From positions 320,001-384,000 of the forward strand of contig JAVJQW010000017.1 in assembly GCA_040218735.1 (NCBI GenBank): 64,000 nt of DNA. Direction: 5' to 3'. Below, in pieces: positions 39,347 through 49,491 of this stretch. The stretch is from Deltaproteobacteria bacterium (lineage in GTDB: Bacteria > Myxococcota > Kuafuiibacteriia > Kuafuiibacteriales > Kuafuiibacteriaceae). Below the pieces are notes generated by a model. It was not told where the DNA came from. It ran no database searches and was given only the letters and a program-made list of their open reading frames with translations. The position numbers were made by a program, and so were the translations under genes. Each line of letters opens with the position of its first letter. Positions within the stretch are counted from its first letter, which is position 1.

Positions 39347-39901
39347 CTAGCGCTCCGGCGTCCGACGCAGATCCCAGAATACCACCGCGAACAGCGCGCT
39401 CGGCCAAACGAACGCCACCGCGATCCGCGTCGCGAGCACCCAATCGCGACCGGTCATCGAGTTGTTCGGCGTCCACCACTGCCCGACGCCGTACGCGCGC
39501 ATCGCGACGCCGATCGCCGCGAGCAAGAGGAACGGCACGAGCATGAACGCACACGCGTCGACCGCGCCCTCGAAGGTGACGCGCTGCGCTTCGTCGACTC
39601 CGCGGAGCCGGTCGAACAGGTACAGCACCGACGCCGCGACTAGCACGCCGATCAGCGGCGCGATCATCCGGTCGGCGAACATCCGCGCTACCGCGTTGAA
39701 GCCGTCGAACAGCGAGAGCCGCCCGATCAGCAGCGCCTGCCCGGCGCGCGTGGGCTGCGCCATCGCCGCGACGATCAACATCCACGGCAGCACCTCGAAC
39801 AGACCGCCGCGCCCCGCGCGTAACACACCCGTGAGCGTCGAGCGCGGCGCGATGATCACGCCGCCCAATCTCCCGAAGTGATCGAGGAGGCGCTGGATCA
39901 T
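39347..39901 (-). CDS. Multi-pass membrane protein (Yip1-like)
   Basis: GVIIAPRSTL N-terminus and 4-5 hydrophobic helices; ATGA overlap with the upstream gene. Confidence 0.6.
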   Translation of the reverse strand: MIQRLLDHFGRLGGVIIAPRSTLTGVLRAGRGGLFEVLPWMLIVAAMAQPTRAGQALLIGRLSLFDGFNAVARMFADRMIAPLIGVLVAASVLYLFDRLRGVDEAQRVTFEGAVDACAFMLVPFLLLAAIGVAMRAYGVGQWWTPNNSMTGRDWVLATRIAVAFVWPSALFAVVFWDLRRTPER

Positions 39902-42147
39902 GCGCGTCGGCGGCGACCGAGCATCGCCAACGCGAGGACCGCGAAGGCCGCCCACCACGAGGTCGACCCGCCCGCGTCCTGGCAGCCGCAACCGCCGCCG
40001 TCGTCACCACCACCGCCGCCGCTGCTCACGCCGGCGTCCGGCGTCTCGACGTCCATGCTGCACTCGGCGAGGAAGTTCACGATCGACAGGTCGTCGATGC
40101 CGGCCTCGATCGTCCCGCGACCGCCTTGGCTCTCGTCCGCGATCTCGAAGCGGAAGCGCATCCGGTTCGTCAGCGCCACGGCGTCGCGGATCCTGAAGCT
40201 CACGCGCGTCCAATCCTCGGTGTTCTCGTCGAAGCTGCCGAGCTCCTCGTAGGTCGTTCCGCCGTCGTTCGACACGTACACGATCAGCGGCGCCGACAGC
40301 GCCGTCGGCTCCGGCGTCGAGAAGTCGTACGCGGTGCGCCACACGTAGAACACGAGCGAAGGATCGACCGCGTCTCCGATCGCAAAGACCGGCGACTCCA
40401 GCGTCGTCCGCCCACCGTCGAGATCGTTCGTCGACACGAAGCCCTGGAGCTCGGGCCCCGTCATGAACGCGAGCTTCGCGTCACCCGGGGTGTGGTCGGC
40501 GCCCGGCTGCGTCATGACGCCGTTCACGCCGCCCATCTCGGGCTCGCCGAGCGCCCACAGGCCGCCCGTCGCGTTGTCGGTGCCGTCTGGGTTCACGCGC
40601 CAGTCGGGCGCCTCGTTCAGCGGATCGAAGCGCAGCTCGCGGCTCCCGACGCCGAGCTCGATCGACTCCTCGAACACCGGCCCCTGCGTCGTCGTGAAGC
40701 GGACCGCGAGCGGGAGGCCCACGTCGCAGGAGATCGTGCTCGACGCCGTCACCATGAACGTGCCGATCTCGATGACCTCGCCGAAGGGCAGCGGCGGCGC
40801 GTTCTGCGCGCCGGTCTGCACCGACGTCGCGGCGTTCTCCGCCACCACCTCGACCACGACGCCCTCGGCGGTCCCGATGCCGATGTTCTGGCCGAAGACC
40901 TTCACCGAGAACTGTTCGCCCGGCGCGATGATGCCGTCGCCGTCGTCGATGATCTCGTAGTTCCCGAGGACGATCTCCGGCTCGGGGCAGAGCTCGGAGA
41001 CCTTCGTGCACATCGATCCGCCGGTCCAGTTGTTCCAGGTCGTCGGGAAGTCCTCGGCGACGTCCTGCAGCACGTTCAGGTGTTGCTCCCAGCTCGACCG
41101 CGGCTCACCCGGCTCCGTCACCAGAATGAACGCCGCGCGGTAGTACGGGGCCTCGGTCAGCGGCGGCGGGATGCGCGGCATGAGATCGTCGAGGACCATC
41201 TGCATCGTCACGTTGACGCGCTCGCCGGAGACGACGTCACCCGTGCGCACGTTCGACGTTCGCTCGAGTGGATCGCCCGCTTCGTCCGTCGCGTTGCGAA
41301 TGAAGTAGAAGTCGTCGACGTCGTCCGCCGACAGCCGCCCCATCGCGTACAGCTCCAGCGGCGAGAAGCCCATGTCCGTCCCCTGGTTCGTGAACGTGTC
41401 GTCGCCGTTGTCCCGGTAGAGCCGACCGTCGTGCACCGAACCAAACGCCTGCGCGAGCGTGCTCCAGTGCGCGTTGTCGCGCCCGAGGAGCGAGAAGTTC
41501 TTCATGTTGTTCGCGTCGCGGAACGTGATGTTGAAGAGCCACCGGTGCGACAGCTCGTGCGCGATGACGCCGTGGTAGTAACCTTCGACTTCGTTCAGCC
41601 CGGAGAAGGAACCGTTCCCCCACATGAGCATGCTGTTCATGTTGGAGAAGCCCGAGAGACGACCGCCGACGGCCGGCAGCCCCCACGCGGGGCGGCTGTT
41701 GAACTGCATCTTCCCGATGCCGCTCACTTCGTTCTTGATGCCCTGGTAGTACGCGAAGCCCGCGTGCGCCTGGTCTTCGAACGTCGTGTAGATCTGAATC
41801 GTGTCGAAGACGTCGGGATACATCGCCAGGACCTGCGCGACGATCGCGCGCTGGTTGTCCTCCGAGATGCCGAACCGCCCGAGCCCGTTCTGCGACACCG
41901 TCATCGCGTCGCCCTCGAGCACGAGGATCTCCCCCTCCAGGCTCAGCGCGGATCGTTTGATCGCGATCTCTTGCTGTATGGGGTGGAAGTCGGGGTTGGG
42001 TTTGAAGCCCTGGGACATGTCGCCGTCGAGGAAGCTCGGGTGAATCTCCGGGACGGAGACGTCGGACCCGGCGGGGCCACAGGCGAAGGCGGGCAAAAGA
42101 GCGAGCCCGAGGATCCAGTAGGTATGTTGCATGACGGCGACCGGCAT
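39898..42147 (-). CDS. Secreted zinc metalloprotease-like protein with MYXO-CTERM-like tail
   Basis: Lipobox AFAC; AHELSHRW (HExxH); FSPLELYAMG; C-terminal GGGCGC...hydrophobic helix...RRRR. Confidence 0.75.
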   Translation of the reverse strand: MPVAVMQHTYWILGLALLPAFACGPAGSDVSVPEIHPSFLDGDMSQGFKPNPDFHPIQQEIAIKRSALSLEGEILVLEGDAMTVSQNGLGRFGISEDNQRAIVAQVLAMYPDVFDTIQIYTTFEDQAHAGFAYYQGIKNEVSGIGKMQFNSRPAWGLPAVGGRLSGFSNMNSMLMWGNGSFSGLNEVEGYYHGVIAHELSHRWLFNITFRDANNMKNFSLLGRDNAHWSTLAQAFGSVHDGRLYRDNGDDTFTNQGTDMGFSPLELYAMGRLSADDVDDFYFIRNATDEAGDPLERTSNVRTGDVVSGERVNVTMQMVLDDLMPRIPPPLTEAPYYRAAFILVTEPGEPRSSWEQHLNVLQDVAEDFPTTWNNWTGGSMCTKVSELCPEPEIVLGNYEIIDDGDGIIAPGEQFSVKVFGQNIGIGTAEGVVVEVVAENAATSVQTGAQNAPPLPFGEVIEIGTFMVTASSTISCDVGLPLAVRFTTTQGPVFEESIELGVGSRELRFDPLNEAPDWRVNPDGTDNATGGLWALGEPEMGGVNGVMTQPGADHTPGDAKLAFMTGPELQGFVSTNDLDGGRTTLESPVFAIGDAVDPSLVFYVWRTAYDFSTPEPTALSAPLIVYVSNDGGTTYEELGSFDENTEDWTRVSFRIRDAVALTNRMRFRFEIADESQGGRGTIEAGIDDLSIVNFLAECSMDVETPDAGVSSGGGGGDDGGGCGCQDAGGSTSWWAAFAVLALAMLGRRRRA

Positions 42148-42303
42148 CCTGCCATACCGCGAAGCACGGGGTCTCGCCCTCGAAAACACCGCCCGGGGCA
42201 CAACGCGACGCGTCAACACCGCTCGCCCGACCCCTATCGCGATCGCCCCGCCCCCCGACTGACCGATGGCCGGTTTTGGGTGCGCACAAGGTAGGATGCA
42301 CAC

Positions 42304-42951
42304 ATGCCTGCATCTCGCGTTGCCGCGCGAGCCCTCGCCACATCGGCGTTGGCTCTGGCCGCGGCCTGGTCGAGCCCCGCTTCCGCGACCGTCGTGAAGG
42401 CGATGAGCCTCATGGACAAAGCCCAAGAGGCGCCCGTCATCTTGCACGCGGTCGTCCAGGGTACCGAGACCCGATGGATGGTCCCGGGCGCACGCGTCGA
42501 GACCGTCGTGACCTTGGAGGTCATCGAGTCGATCAAGGGCGGCTTCACGCGAGGTGAGCGCGTCACCTTCCGCCGCGGCGGCGGGCGCATCGGCGACTTC
42601 GAGCAGACGGCCCCTGGCCTGTCGCAGTACGAGGCCGGCGAAGAGGTCATCATGTTCCTCGAACCCTTCGGCGCGACGCTCGTCGCGATCGGGATCGGCA
42701 TCGGCAAGTACGAGGTGGAGCAGCGCCAGAACGGACGGTTCGTGGAGCACCACCCGGACGTCGCCGTCCTGAGGTACCACGGCGACAAGGCTTCTCCCGA
42801 CGACATCCAGCCGCACGAGGCGATGACCCCCGAGCCCCTCCCCGACTTCCTGAAACGTTTGCGCAGCTACGTCCGTGGCTTCGGCGTGAAGAAGGTCGCC
42901 GAACCCGGCGCCGTGTTCGAGAAGCGCCCCGCGCTGAAGAAGGCCAACTGA
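42304..42951 (+). CDS. Secreted accessory protein upstream of a matrixin-type protease
   Basis: Signal peptide ending ASA; TVVKAMSLMDKAQEAPVILHAVV and GEEVIMFL resemble OB-fold proteins often encoded beside matrixins. Confidence 0.7.
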   Translation: MPASRVAARALATSALALAAAWSSPASATVVKAMSLMDKAQEAPVILHAVVQGTETRWMVPGARVETVVTLEVIESIKGGFTRGERVTFRRGGGRIGDFEQTAPGLSQYEAGEEVIMFLEPFGATLVAIGIGIGKYEVEQRQNGRFVEHHPDVAVLRYHGDKASPDDIQPHEAMTPEPLPDFLKRLRSYVRGFGVKKVAEPGAVFEKRPALKKAN

Positions 42952-42952
42952 C

Positions 42953-44812
42953 ATGCCCGGTCTCGCTGCAGTCACCACCGCGACGCTCCTCACCACGATC
43001 GGCTGGCTCCCGACCGGCCTGCGCTGGCGCACGAGCGATCAGCCCGTCCCGTTCTGCATCTCCGCGAACGCGACGAGCACGAACGTCAACGCCACCGCGC
43101 AGCAGAACGCGGTGCTCCAGGGCATCGGCGTCTGGGTCAGCACCGCCGGCGGCGGCTCGCTGTCCTGCTCGACGTACACCGTGCAGACGTCGAATCAGTG
43201 CTCGGTCGGCGTGAACACGAGCGACCAGAACCCGAACATCTTCTGGGAGAGCAACTGGTCGAACGGCAGCGGCACCATCGGCGTGACGTGGTCGACCGGC
43301 TACGGCCAGCCCGGCGGCCCGTGCGGCTCCGTCTCGGACGACACCGGCTCGAACCACAACCTGTCCTGCAAGTACGACTCGGACATCGAGTTCAACGACG
43401 TGCACTACACCTGGCGCACGAACGGCAGCAGCACCGACATCGCGTCGATCGCCGCGCACGAGTACGGGCACTTCATCGGCCTCGACCACTGCAACGTCAA
43501 CGGCACCTGCACGTTCGGCAACGCGGTGATGTTCGCGTCGTACGGCGGCGGCGCAGTCCGCACGCCCTACGCGGACGACGTCCAGGGCGCGTGCGCGCTG
43601 TACCCCGGGACGCAGGGCGGCATCGGTTGGCCCTGCACGTCGAACAACCAGTGCAACAGCAACGTCTGCGTCGACCCCGGCGCGAACGGGTACTGCTCGC
43701 AGACCTGCGGCACGTGCCCGACCGGCTACGTCTGCGGCAACGCCGCGTTCCCCGGCGTGTGTGTCCGCGACGACGGCACCAACCGCGGCACCTGCGAGAC
43801 CTGCCAAGGCATCCCGAACGCGTGCGCCAACGGCGGCATCTGCGTGGGCGGCATCCCGGAGGCCAACGGCGGGCGCTGCATCGCGCCGTGCGGCGCCGGC
43901 GGTACGTGTGACCCGCTGTTCCGCTGCGTCACGTACACCGACGGTAACAACCAGGTGATCGGCGACTTCTGCTACCCGCGCTCCAGCGACTGCACCGACC
44001 TGAACAACATCATGGAGCTGGGCATCGGGCAGCGCTGCGCGAACGACACGCCGCCGTGCGCCGACCCGCTCACCTGCATCTCCGCGGGCGGCGACGGTAT
44101 CTGCTCCCAAGAATGCACCGGCCCCGGGCAGTGCCCGAACGGGTTCGCGTGTGAGCTGTTCGACGTCAACGACGGGTGGTGCCTCCCGGCCGTGTACGAG
44201 GGTGACAGCTGCGAGGATCTGTTCGTGTCCTGCGCGGACGGGTACTGCTTGCGCAACCCGGCCGACCAGCGGCTCACCTGTTACAAGGACTGCGAGAACA
44301 TGGCCGGCGCGTGCAACAACGCGCAGGTCTGTCGCCTCGTGAACCTCTCCGGCGGCGGCGCGATCGAGGTCTGCGACCCGCCGGGCGTCCCGCCCAACCC
44401 GCGCGACGCGGGTGTGACCCCGCAGCGCGACGGCGGTTCGACGAACCCGAACCGGGACGGTGGAACCACCAACCCCAACCGCGACGCGGGCATGTCGGTG
44501 ATGCCGACCCGCGACGGGGGCGTGGGCAACACGCCGCGGGACGCCGGGGTCATCAGCACCTTCTGCGGGTGCGACTTCACGTACTCGTGCGACCCCGACC
44601 AGATCAACGGCGGGGACTGCCAGTGCGACCCGGAGTGCATCTGCCTGTGCGACGAGACCTATTCCTGCGACCCGGGCTGCGACAACTGCGACCCCGAGTG
44701 TGCAGCCCGGTGCGCGTGCCAGTCGGTACCGACGGGGGGCGCGACGGCGGCCTCCCTGGCCCTCTTGGCGCTCCTCGGGGGATTGCTCGCCCTCCGACGA
44801 CGAAGTTGCTAG
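42953..44812 (+). CDS. Matrixin-like (metzincin) metalloprotease, Cys-rich, MYXO-CTERM-like tail
   Basis: HEYGHFIGLDH zinc motif, AVM Met-turn, DDVQGACALYP; C-terminal CAC...TM...RRR. Confidence 0.88.
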   Translation: MPGLAAVTTATLLTTIGWLPTGLRWRTSDQPVPFCISANATSTNVNATAQQNAVLQGIGVWVSTAGGGSLSCSTYTVQTSNQCSVGVNTSDQNPNIFWESNWSNGSGTIGVTWSTGYGQPGGPCGSVSDDTGSNHNLSCKYDSDIEFNDVHYTWRTNGSSTDIASIAAHEYGHFIGLDHCNVNGTCTFGNAVMFASYGGGAVRTPYADDVQGACALYPGTQGGIGWPCTSNNQCNSNVCVDPGANGYCSQTCGTCPTGYVCGNAAFPGVCVRDDGTNRGTCETCQGIPNACANGGICVGGIPEANGGRCIAPCGAGGTCDPLFRCVTYTDGNNQVIGDFCYPRSSDCTDLNNIMELGIGQRCANDTPPCADPLTCISAGGDGICSQECTGPGQCPNGFACELFDVNDGWCLPAVYEGDSCEDLFVSCADGYCLRNPADQRLTCYKDCENMAGACNNAQVCRLVNLSGGGAIEVCDPPGVPPNPRDAGVTPQRDGGSTNPNRDGGTTNPNRDAGMSVMPTRDGGVGNTPRDAGVISTFCGCDFTYSCDPDQINGGDCQCDPECICLCDETYSCDPGCDNCDPECAARCACQSVPTGGATAASLALLALLGGLLALRRRSC

Positions 44813-44822
44813 ATTCGCTGGC

Positions 44823-46196
44823 GTGTCCTCGCCGGCGGAGATGCCGCATGCAGACGAGGCGCTGAAAGCTCTCGTCGCCCGCTTCAAGGAGGCGCCGGGC
44901 TCGTCTGCGTGTACGGAGCTGGCCTCTGCGCTGCTGGCGCGGGGGCATGCGTCCGAAGCGCTCCGCGTCGCGGAGCACGGGCTCCAACTCGTCCCCGGAC
45001 AGGTGGACGGTCGCGTCGAGCGCGCGGCTGCGCTCCTCGCGTTGGGGCGGCCGCGCGTCGCGTACGTCGAGCTCCGTCGTGCGCTCGCGATCGATCCCAC
45101 CCACCGCCGCGGGATGCGGCTCCTCGGCAAGGCGTACCGCGACGCGGGCGCGCCGGGGCGGGCCGCCGCGCTCCTCGCGAAGCGGTCGATGGACCCGGAC
45201 TACGAAGCGCCGCCTCCGCCCAAGCCGACCAAGAAGAAGAAGAAGGAGCAGTGGCGTCAGCGTCCGGCGATCGACAACGATCCGACGGTGCCGGTGTCGC
45301 CTTCGGACGGCGCGATCCCCGAGCTGTTCTCCGCGCTGACGAAGGACCTCGGGCTCGGCGCGGCGGTGCCCGAGACGACGGCGCCGCGGCGGGTCGAGGT
45401 CACGCAGATCATTCGGCGCAAGGGCCTGCTTCGTCCGCCGCGCTCGGCGAGTGAGCTCGCGGAGATCGACGGTCCGATCGTCGACACCACACAGCCGGGG
45501 CACATCCTCGACTCGGAGATCGACGAGCTCGCGCAGGAGGTCACCACGCGTGAGCCCGCGCCGCTGTTCTCGGCGGGGAGCGGCGCTGGCCTGAACGCCT
45601 TCGCGCTCGACGACGAGCCGCTATTCCAGGAGGACATGCCGTTCGCGGTGCGTCCGGTGGACGGCGCCTCGACGGACATCGAGCCGGTGCTCGACGACGA
45701 CGATCCGGTCGACGCGCCCACGGATCAGATCCAGGCGTTCGACGAAGACCGCGACCGCGCGGCGACGAAGCCCGGCGACACGCTGGTCGACGATCTCGAG
45801 GAAGGCACGGACCCGCTGGAGGCGCTCCAGCCTGCGCCGACGTCCCCGCTCGTGCCCGACGGCGAGCCGAACCCGCGCATCCGTCGGTTCGTCGCGGGGA
45901 AAGAGAAACGTCGGCCCGAGGGCGACGCGCCCGCGTTCGAAGGGGGCGCCCCGGTGGTGGAGCGCCGCGGGCCGAAGCAGCAGCGGCTGGAGATCGTCGA
46001 TCCGCCGGCCAACCGCACGCACCTGCTCCTCGCCGTCGCGTGTGCGATCGCGATGCTCGTCTACTTCGTCGGCCTCGGATTCTATCTGCAGGACGGCATC
46101 CGGCCGTGGTTCGGCGGCGCAGCGGACAAGGGACGAACCGAAGCCCCTGCGCGCGTTGACGACGAGCCGGCGAAGAGCGCGCGCGTCGCGCCCTGA
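44823..46196 (+). CDS. TPR protein with acidic linker and C-terminal TM helix
   Basis: N-terminal TPRs ([11 protein letters not shown]); C-terminal [22 protein letters not shown]; start GTG 44823 or ATG 44841. Confidence 0.7.
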   Translation: MSSPAEMPHADEALKALVARFKEAPGSSACTELASALLARGHASEALRVAEHGLQLVPGQVDGRVERAAALLALGRPRVAYVELRRALAIDPTHRRGMRLLGKAYRDAGAPGRAAALLAKRSMDPDYEAPPPPKPTKKKKKEQWRQRPAIDNDPTVPVSPSDGAIPELFSALTKDLGLGAAVPETTAPRRVEVTQIIRRKGLLRPPRSASELAEIDGPIVDTTQPGHILDSEIDELAQEVTTREPAPLFSAGSGAGLNAFALDDEPLFQEDMPFAVRPVDGASTDIEPVLDDDDPVDAPTDQIQAFDEDRDRAATKPGDTLVDDLEEGTDPLEALQPAPTSPLVPDGEPNPRIRRFVAGKEKRRPEGDAPAFEGGAPVVERRGPKQQRLEIVDPPANRTHLLLAVACAIAMLVYFVGLGFYLQDGIRPWFGGAADKGRTEAPARVDDEPAKSARVAP

Positions 46197-46209
46197 CGCC
46201 AATCAGACC

Positions 46210-47418
46210 GTGGGCATCATCGTTCAGAAGTACGGCGGCAGCAGCGTCGCCACCACCGAGAAGATCCGCGCGATCGCGGAGCGCGTCGTCGAGACGAAGC
46301 GCGAGGGGCACGAGGTCGTCGTCGTCGTCTCCGCGATGGGCGACGCCACCGACGAGCTCCTCGCGAAAGCGCACGAGGTCGCCGCGGCGCCCGACCGGCG
46401 GGAGCTCGACATGTTGCTCTCCGTCGGCGAGCGGATCTCGATGGCGCTGCTCGCGATGGCGATCCGCGAGCGCGGCGCCGAGGCGGTGTCGCTCACCGGG
46501 AGCCAGTCCGGGATCATCACCACCGCGAGCCACACCAACGCGCGCATCATGGAGGTGCGTCCGTTCCGCGTGCAGGACGAGCTCGACGCGGGGCGCGTGG
46601 TGATCGTCGCGGGGTACCAGGGCGTCAGCTACAAACGCGACATCACGACGCTCGGGCGCGGCGGTTCGGACACCACCGCCGTCGCGCTGGCCGCGGCGCT
46701 GGAGGCCGAGGCGTGTGAGATCTACTCGGACGTCGACGGCGTCTTCACGGCGGACCCGCGGGTGGCGCCGAACGCGTCGAACCTCCCCGAGATCGGGTAC
46801 GCCGAGATGCAGGAGCTCGCGGAGGCCGGCGCCAAGGTGCTGTGCGCGCAGGCCGTCGAATTCGCGAAGCGGAAGAACATCGCGATCTACGCCCGAAAGA
46901 CCGGGGCAAAGACGCCGGGCACCGTCGTGCGGACGAACGCCCCCTCGGCGCCGAACGGCGTGCGGGGGGTAGCGCACGAACGTCAGGTGGCGGCGATTGC
47001 GGCCGAGACCACGCTCCCGGTCGTCCGTACTTTTGTGCGGGCGGTCGACGACCTCGGCGTCGGGCTGAAGCAGCAGACCCTCACGCTGCACGGCGAGCGC
47101 GCGTCGTTCTCGGCCGTGGTGTCGATGGACGAATACGGGCCGGGGCTGGTGTCGCGGATCGCGGAGCACTTCGGGTCCGAGGCGGTGCGGCTGGACTGCG
47201 GAGCGGTGTCGTTGGTCGGCGAGGGGATCATGCAGACGCAAGACGTCCTGCTGCGTGCGCTCGGCGTGCTCGACGCGCTTGGGGCCGAGGTCGCAGGAAT
47301 GTCGACATCGTCGTTCCGGCTGACGTTGCTGGTGGCCTCGGAGCACGTGACCGAGGTGGTGGGCGCGCTGCACGAAGCGCTCGTCCGTGGTGGGCGCGCC
47401 GTGGCGGTGATCGGCTGA
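46210..47418 (+). CDS. lysC: Aspartate kinase
   Basis: [46 protein letters not shown]; diverged ACT region. Confidence 0.93.
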   Translation: MGIIVQKYGGSSVATTEKIRAIAERVVETKREGHEVVVVVSAMGDATDELLAKAHEVAAAPDRRELDMLLSVGERISMALLAMAIRERGAEAVSLTGSQSGIITTASHTNARIMEVRPFRVQDELDAGRVVIVAGYQGVSYKRDITTLGRGGSDTTAVALAAALEAEACEIYSDVDGVFTADPRVAPNASNLPEIGYAEMQELAEAGAKVLCAQAVEFAKRKNIAIYARKTGAKTPGTVVRTNAPSAPNGVRGVAHERQVAAIAAETTLPVVRTFVRAVDDLGVGLKQQTLTLHGERASFSAVVSMDEYGPGLVSRIAEHFGSEAVRLDCGAVSLVGEGIMQTQDVLLRALGVLDALGAEVAGMSTSSFRLTLLVASEHVTEVVGALHEALVRGGRAVAVIG

Positions 47419-47496
47419 CGGACGGATGCCGGACGGCGGACCGTGCGTGCGGCTGGACTTCAGGAGCAAAAGGGGCGATGCAGGGGGTCGTTTTTC

Positions 47497-47514
47497 GGCT
47501 TCCAGGAGGTAGCC
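47497..47514 (+). promoter_or_regulatory. Hairpin presenting AGGA over the csrA SD (candidate autoregulatory CsrA site)
   Basis: GGCTTCC-AGGA-GGTAGCC; a second CAGGAG at 47461-47466. Confidence 0.45.
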
Positions 47515-47521
47515 CCCTCAA

Positions 47522-47758
47522 GTGCTCTCCCTCGCGCGACGTCCCGGCCAAAAGATCCGCATCGGCGAAGACATCATCCTGGTGGTTCGTGAGATTCGCG
47601 GCCGGCAGGTGAAGCTCGGCATCGAGGCCCCGCCGCACGTGCGGGTGCTGCGCGAAGAGATCTACGAGGAGATGTGCGCCGCGAACCAGGAGGCTCGTTC
47701 GGGCGGTGACATTCGGGCGGCGCTCACGAAGATTCCGAAGCCGTCCGAAACGAAGTGA
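47522..47758 (+). CDS. csrA: Carbon storage regulator CsrA (long, FliW-binding type)
   Basis: MLSLARRPGQKIRIGEDI...VKLGIEAPPHVRVLREEIY plus C-terminal AANQEA helix. Confidence 0.95.
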   Translation: MLSLARRPGQKIRIGEDIILVVREIRGRQVKLGIEAPPHVRVLREEIYEEMCAANQEARSGGDIRAALTKIPKPSETK

Positions 47759-47768
47759 GGGCGTTGGC

Positions 47769-48227
47769 GTGAAAGTCGAGAACACGCGCTTCGGCTCGCT
47801 CGATATCGCGGACGACAAGATCATTACGTTCCCGGAAGGGCTCCCCGGCTTCGAGGGCAAGCGCTACGCGTTCGTCCACGACGTGGAGCACCCGGTCGTG
47901 CAGTGGCTGCAGTCGATCGACGAGCCCGATGTGGCGTTGATGACGATCGACCCCGTGGACCTCGGTGTCGTCTACGAGCCCAAGCCCAAACCCGGCGAGA
48001 CGCGCCTGATCCGCTCCGGTGACAAGGACGACGAGATCATCTACCGCGTCATCATCCGGGTCCCGGAAGAGCACCCCGATCACCTGTATCTGAACCTGTT
48101 CGCCCCGGTGTACATCAACGTGGATCGGCGCCTGGGGATGCAGGTTCCGCTGGTCGGCAGCGGCTACAACGTTCGGGAGCTGTGGCCCCCCGAGGAGCTG
48201 AGCCAGACCGCTGGTAAGGATCCGTGA
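47769..48227 (+). CDS. fliW: FliW (CsrA antagonist / flagellin partner)
   Basis: TRFGSLDI..DKIITFPEGLPGFE, WLQSIDEPDVAL..IDP, NLFAPVYIN...G.QV. Confidence 0.92.
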   Translation: MKVENTRFGSLDIADDKIITFPEGLPGFEGKRYAFVHDVEHPVVQWLQSIDEPDVALMTIDPVDLGVVYEPKPKPGETRLIRSGDKDDEIIYRVIIRVPEEHPDHLYLNLFAPVYINVDRRLGMQVPLVGSGYNVRELWPPEELSQTAGKDP

Positions 48228-48250
48228 TCGGCTGCTAACTTCGGCGGGCC

Positions 48251-48760
48251 GTGATCGAGCTGTTCACTTTTCTCGAGAAGAACAAGCAGGAGATCATCGA
48301 GGACCTCATGGAGCGTATCCCGGCCACCGTGCCGGCGTACCTCAAGGTCCCGAAGCCCGAGCTCCGCCAGACGCTCGAGCACCTCCTCGAAGCGTACGGT
48401 GACTACCTCGTCACCGGCGAGCCCGACACGCTGACGTCGGTGCTGCGTTACATCACGAAGGTGCGCGCGCAGCAGAGCTTCAAGCTGTCGGACGTCCTGC
48501 GTTCGTTGCTCCTCATCCCGCCGGTGATGCGCGAGCGCCTCCAGGAAGAGTTCCGCGACAACGACTCGGCCGACGCACGCGTGCAGTTCAACGACGCGAT
48601 CGAGAAGTTCGAAGAGACGACCTACAACGCGGTCTGTCTGTTCGTGGACATCTTCCAGGAGTACCTGATGAACATGATGAACGAACATCAGGACTACTTG
48701 AAGAAGACGAACCAGAAGTTCGGCGTCGACCTGTCCAAGTTCATCCTCTTCAAGGGCTGA
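48251..48760 (+). CDS. RsbRD-N-like all-helical (globin-fold-like) protein
   Basis: FLEKNKQEIIE...KVRAQQSFKLSDVL pattern resembles RsbRD N-terminal domains. Confidence 0.55.
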   Translation: MIELFTFLEKNKQEIIEDLMERIPATVPAYLKVPKPELRQTLEHLLEAYGDYLVTGEPDTLTSVLRYITKVRAQQSFKLSDVLRSLLLIPPVMRERLQEEFRDNDSADARVQFNDAIEKFEETTYNAVCLFVDIFQEYLMNMMNEHQDYLKKTNQKFGVDLSKFILFKG

Positions 48761-49491
48761 TGACCGGACCCAAACCCAAGCCGACGACCGCCGCGCACCT
48801 CGTGCACGACGCGAACTACCACAAGAGCAAGTGGGAGGGCGGCGATGCGGGCGGCGACGTCGAGGACGACGACTTCTTCTCGGACGAAGGCGGCGCCGAC
48901 TCCGGCTTGTTGCTCCCCAGCGCGAAGGCGCTGGGGCACCCCGCCCTACCGGAGGCCGAGATGCGGCCGCCGGAGTTCCTTCAGCCGCTCGAGGCGATGA
49001 AGGACATCTACATGAAGGTGAAGGGGCGGATGTCCCGGCGCACGCAGGAGCTGATCGAGGGCGTGGACCTCGAGGACATGCTCGACATGCTGCGCGCGCT
49101 CTTCAAGGACGAAAAACTCGTGCGTAGCGGCGAGGCGCGGCTCATCGGGAAGGTGCAGGCGCTGCTGAAAGAAGACCCGGGGCCGCTGCTCCTGGGGCTG
49201 CACGACCCGCGGCTCACCGAGCTGTGGCGGTTGTTCCTCGACGACTGGGACATCTGGGTGCCGGGCGCCGAGAACGGGACCGCTGAAGACGAGGAAGGCG
49301 TCGAGCTGTTCTGGGAGGGCGAGGCGGAGGACGACGACGGCGAAGTCATCGAGATGATGCAGGCGCTCGCGTTCAAACACGGCGAGATCAGCCTCCACGT
49401 GAAGCTCGGTGACATCGAGGACCGCGTCGTCTTCGACGGCGAGACGTTCTACCGACTGAAGTCGGACAAGCAGGAGGACGCCCGCCCGTGA
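48760..49491 (+). CDS. Acidic hypothetical protein
   Basis: TGATG-coupled to the upstream gene; strong GC3 codon bias; no recognised motif. Confidence 0.7.
   Translation: MTGPKPKPTTAAHLVHDANYHKSKWEGGDAGGDVEDDDFFSDEGGADSGLLLPSAKALGHPALPEAEMRPPEFLQPLEAMKDIYMKVKGRMSRRTQELIEGVDLEDMLDMLRALFKDEKLVRSGEARLIGKVQALLKEDPGPLLLGLHDPRLTELWRLFLDDWDIWVPGAENGTAEDEEGVELFWEGEAEDDDGEVIEMMQALAFKHGEISLHVKLGDIEDRVVFDGETFYRLKSDKQEDARP

Noticed and set aside
42148-43032. N-terminal extension of the 1044-aa ORF 39898-43032
   Set aside because: Overlaps the plus-strand gene 42304-42951; the lipoprotein signal starts at 42147 or 42132.
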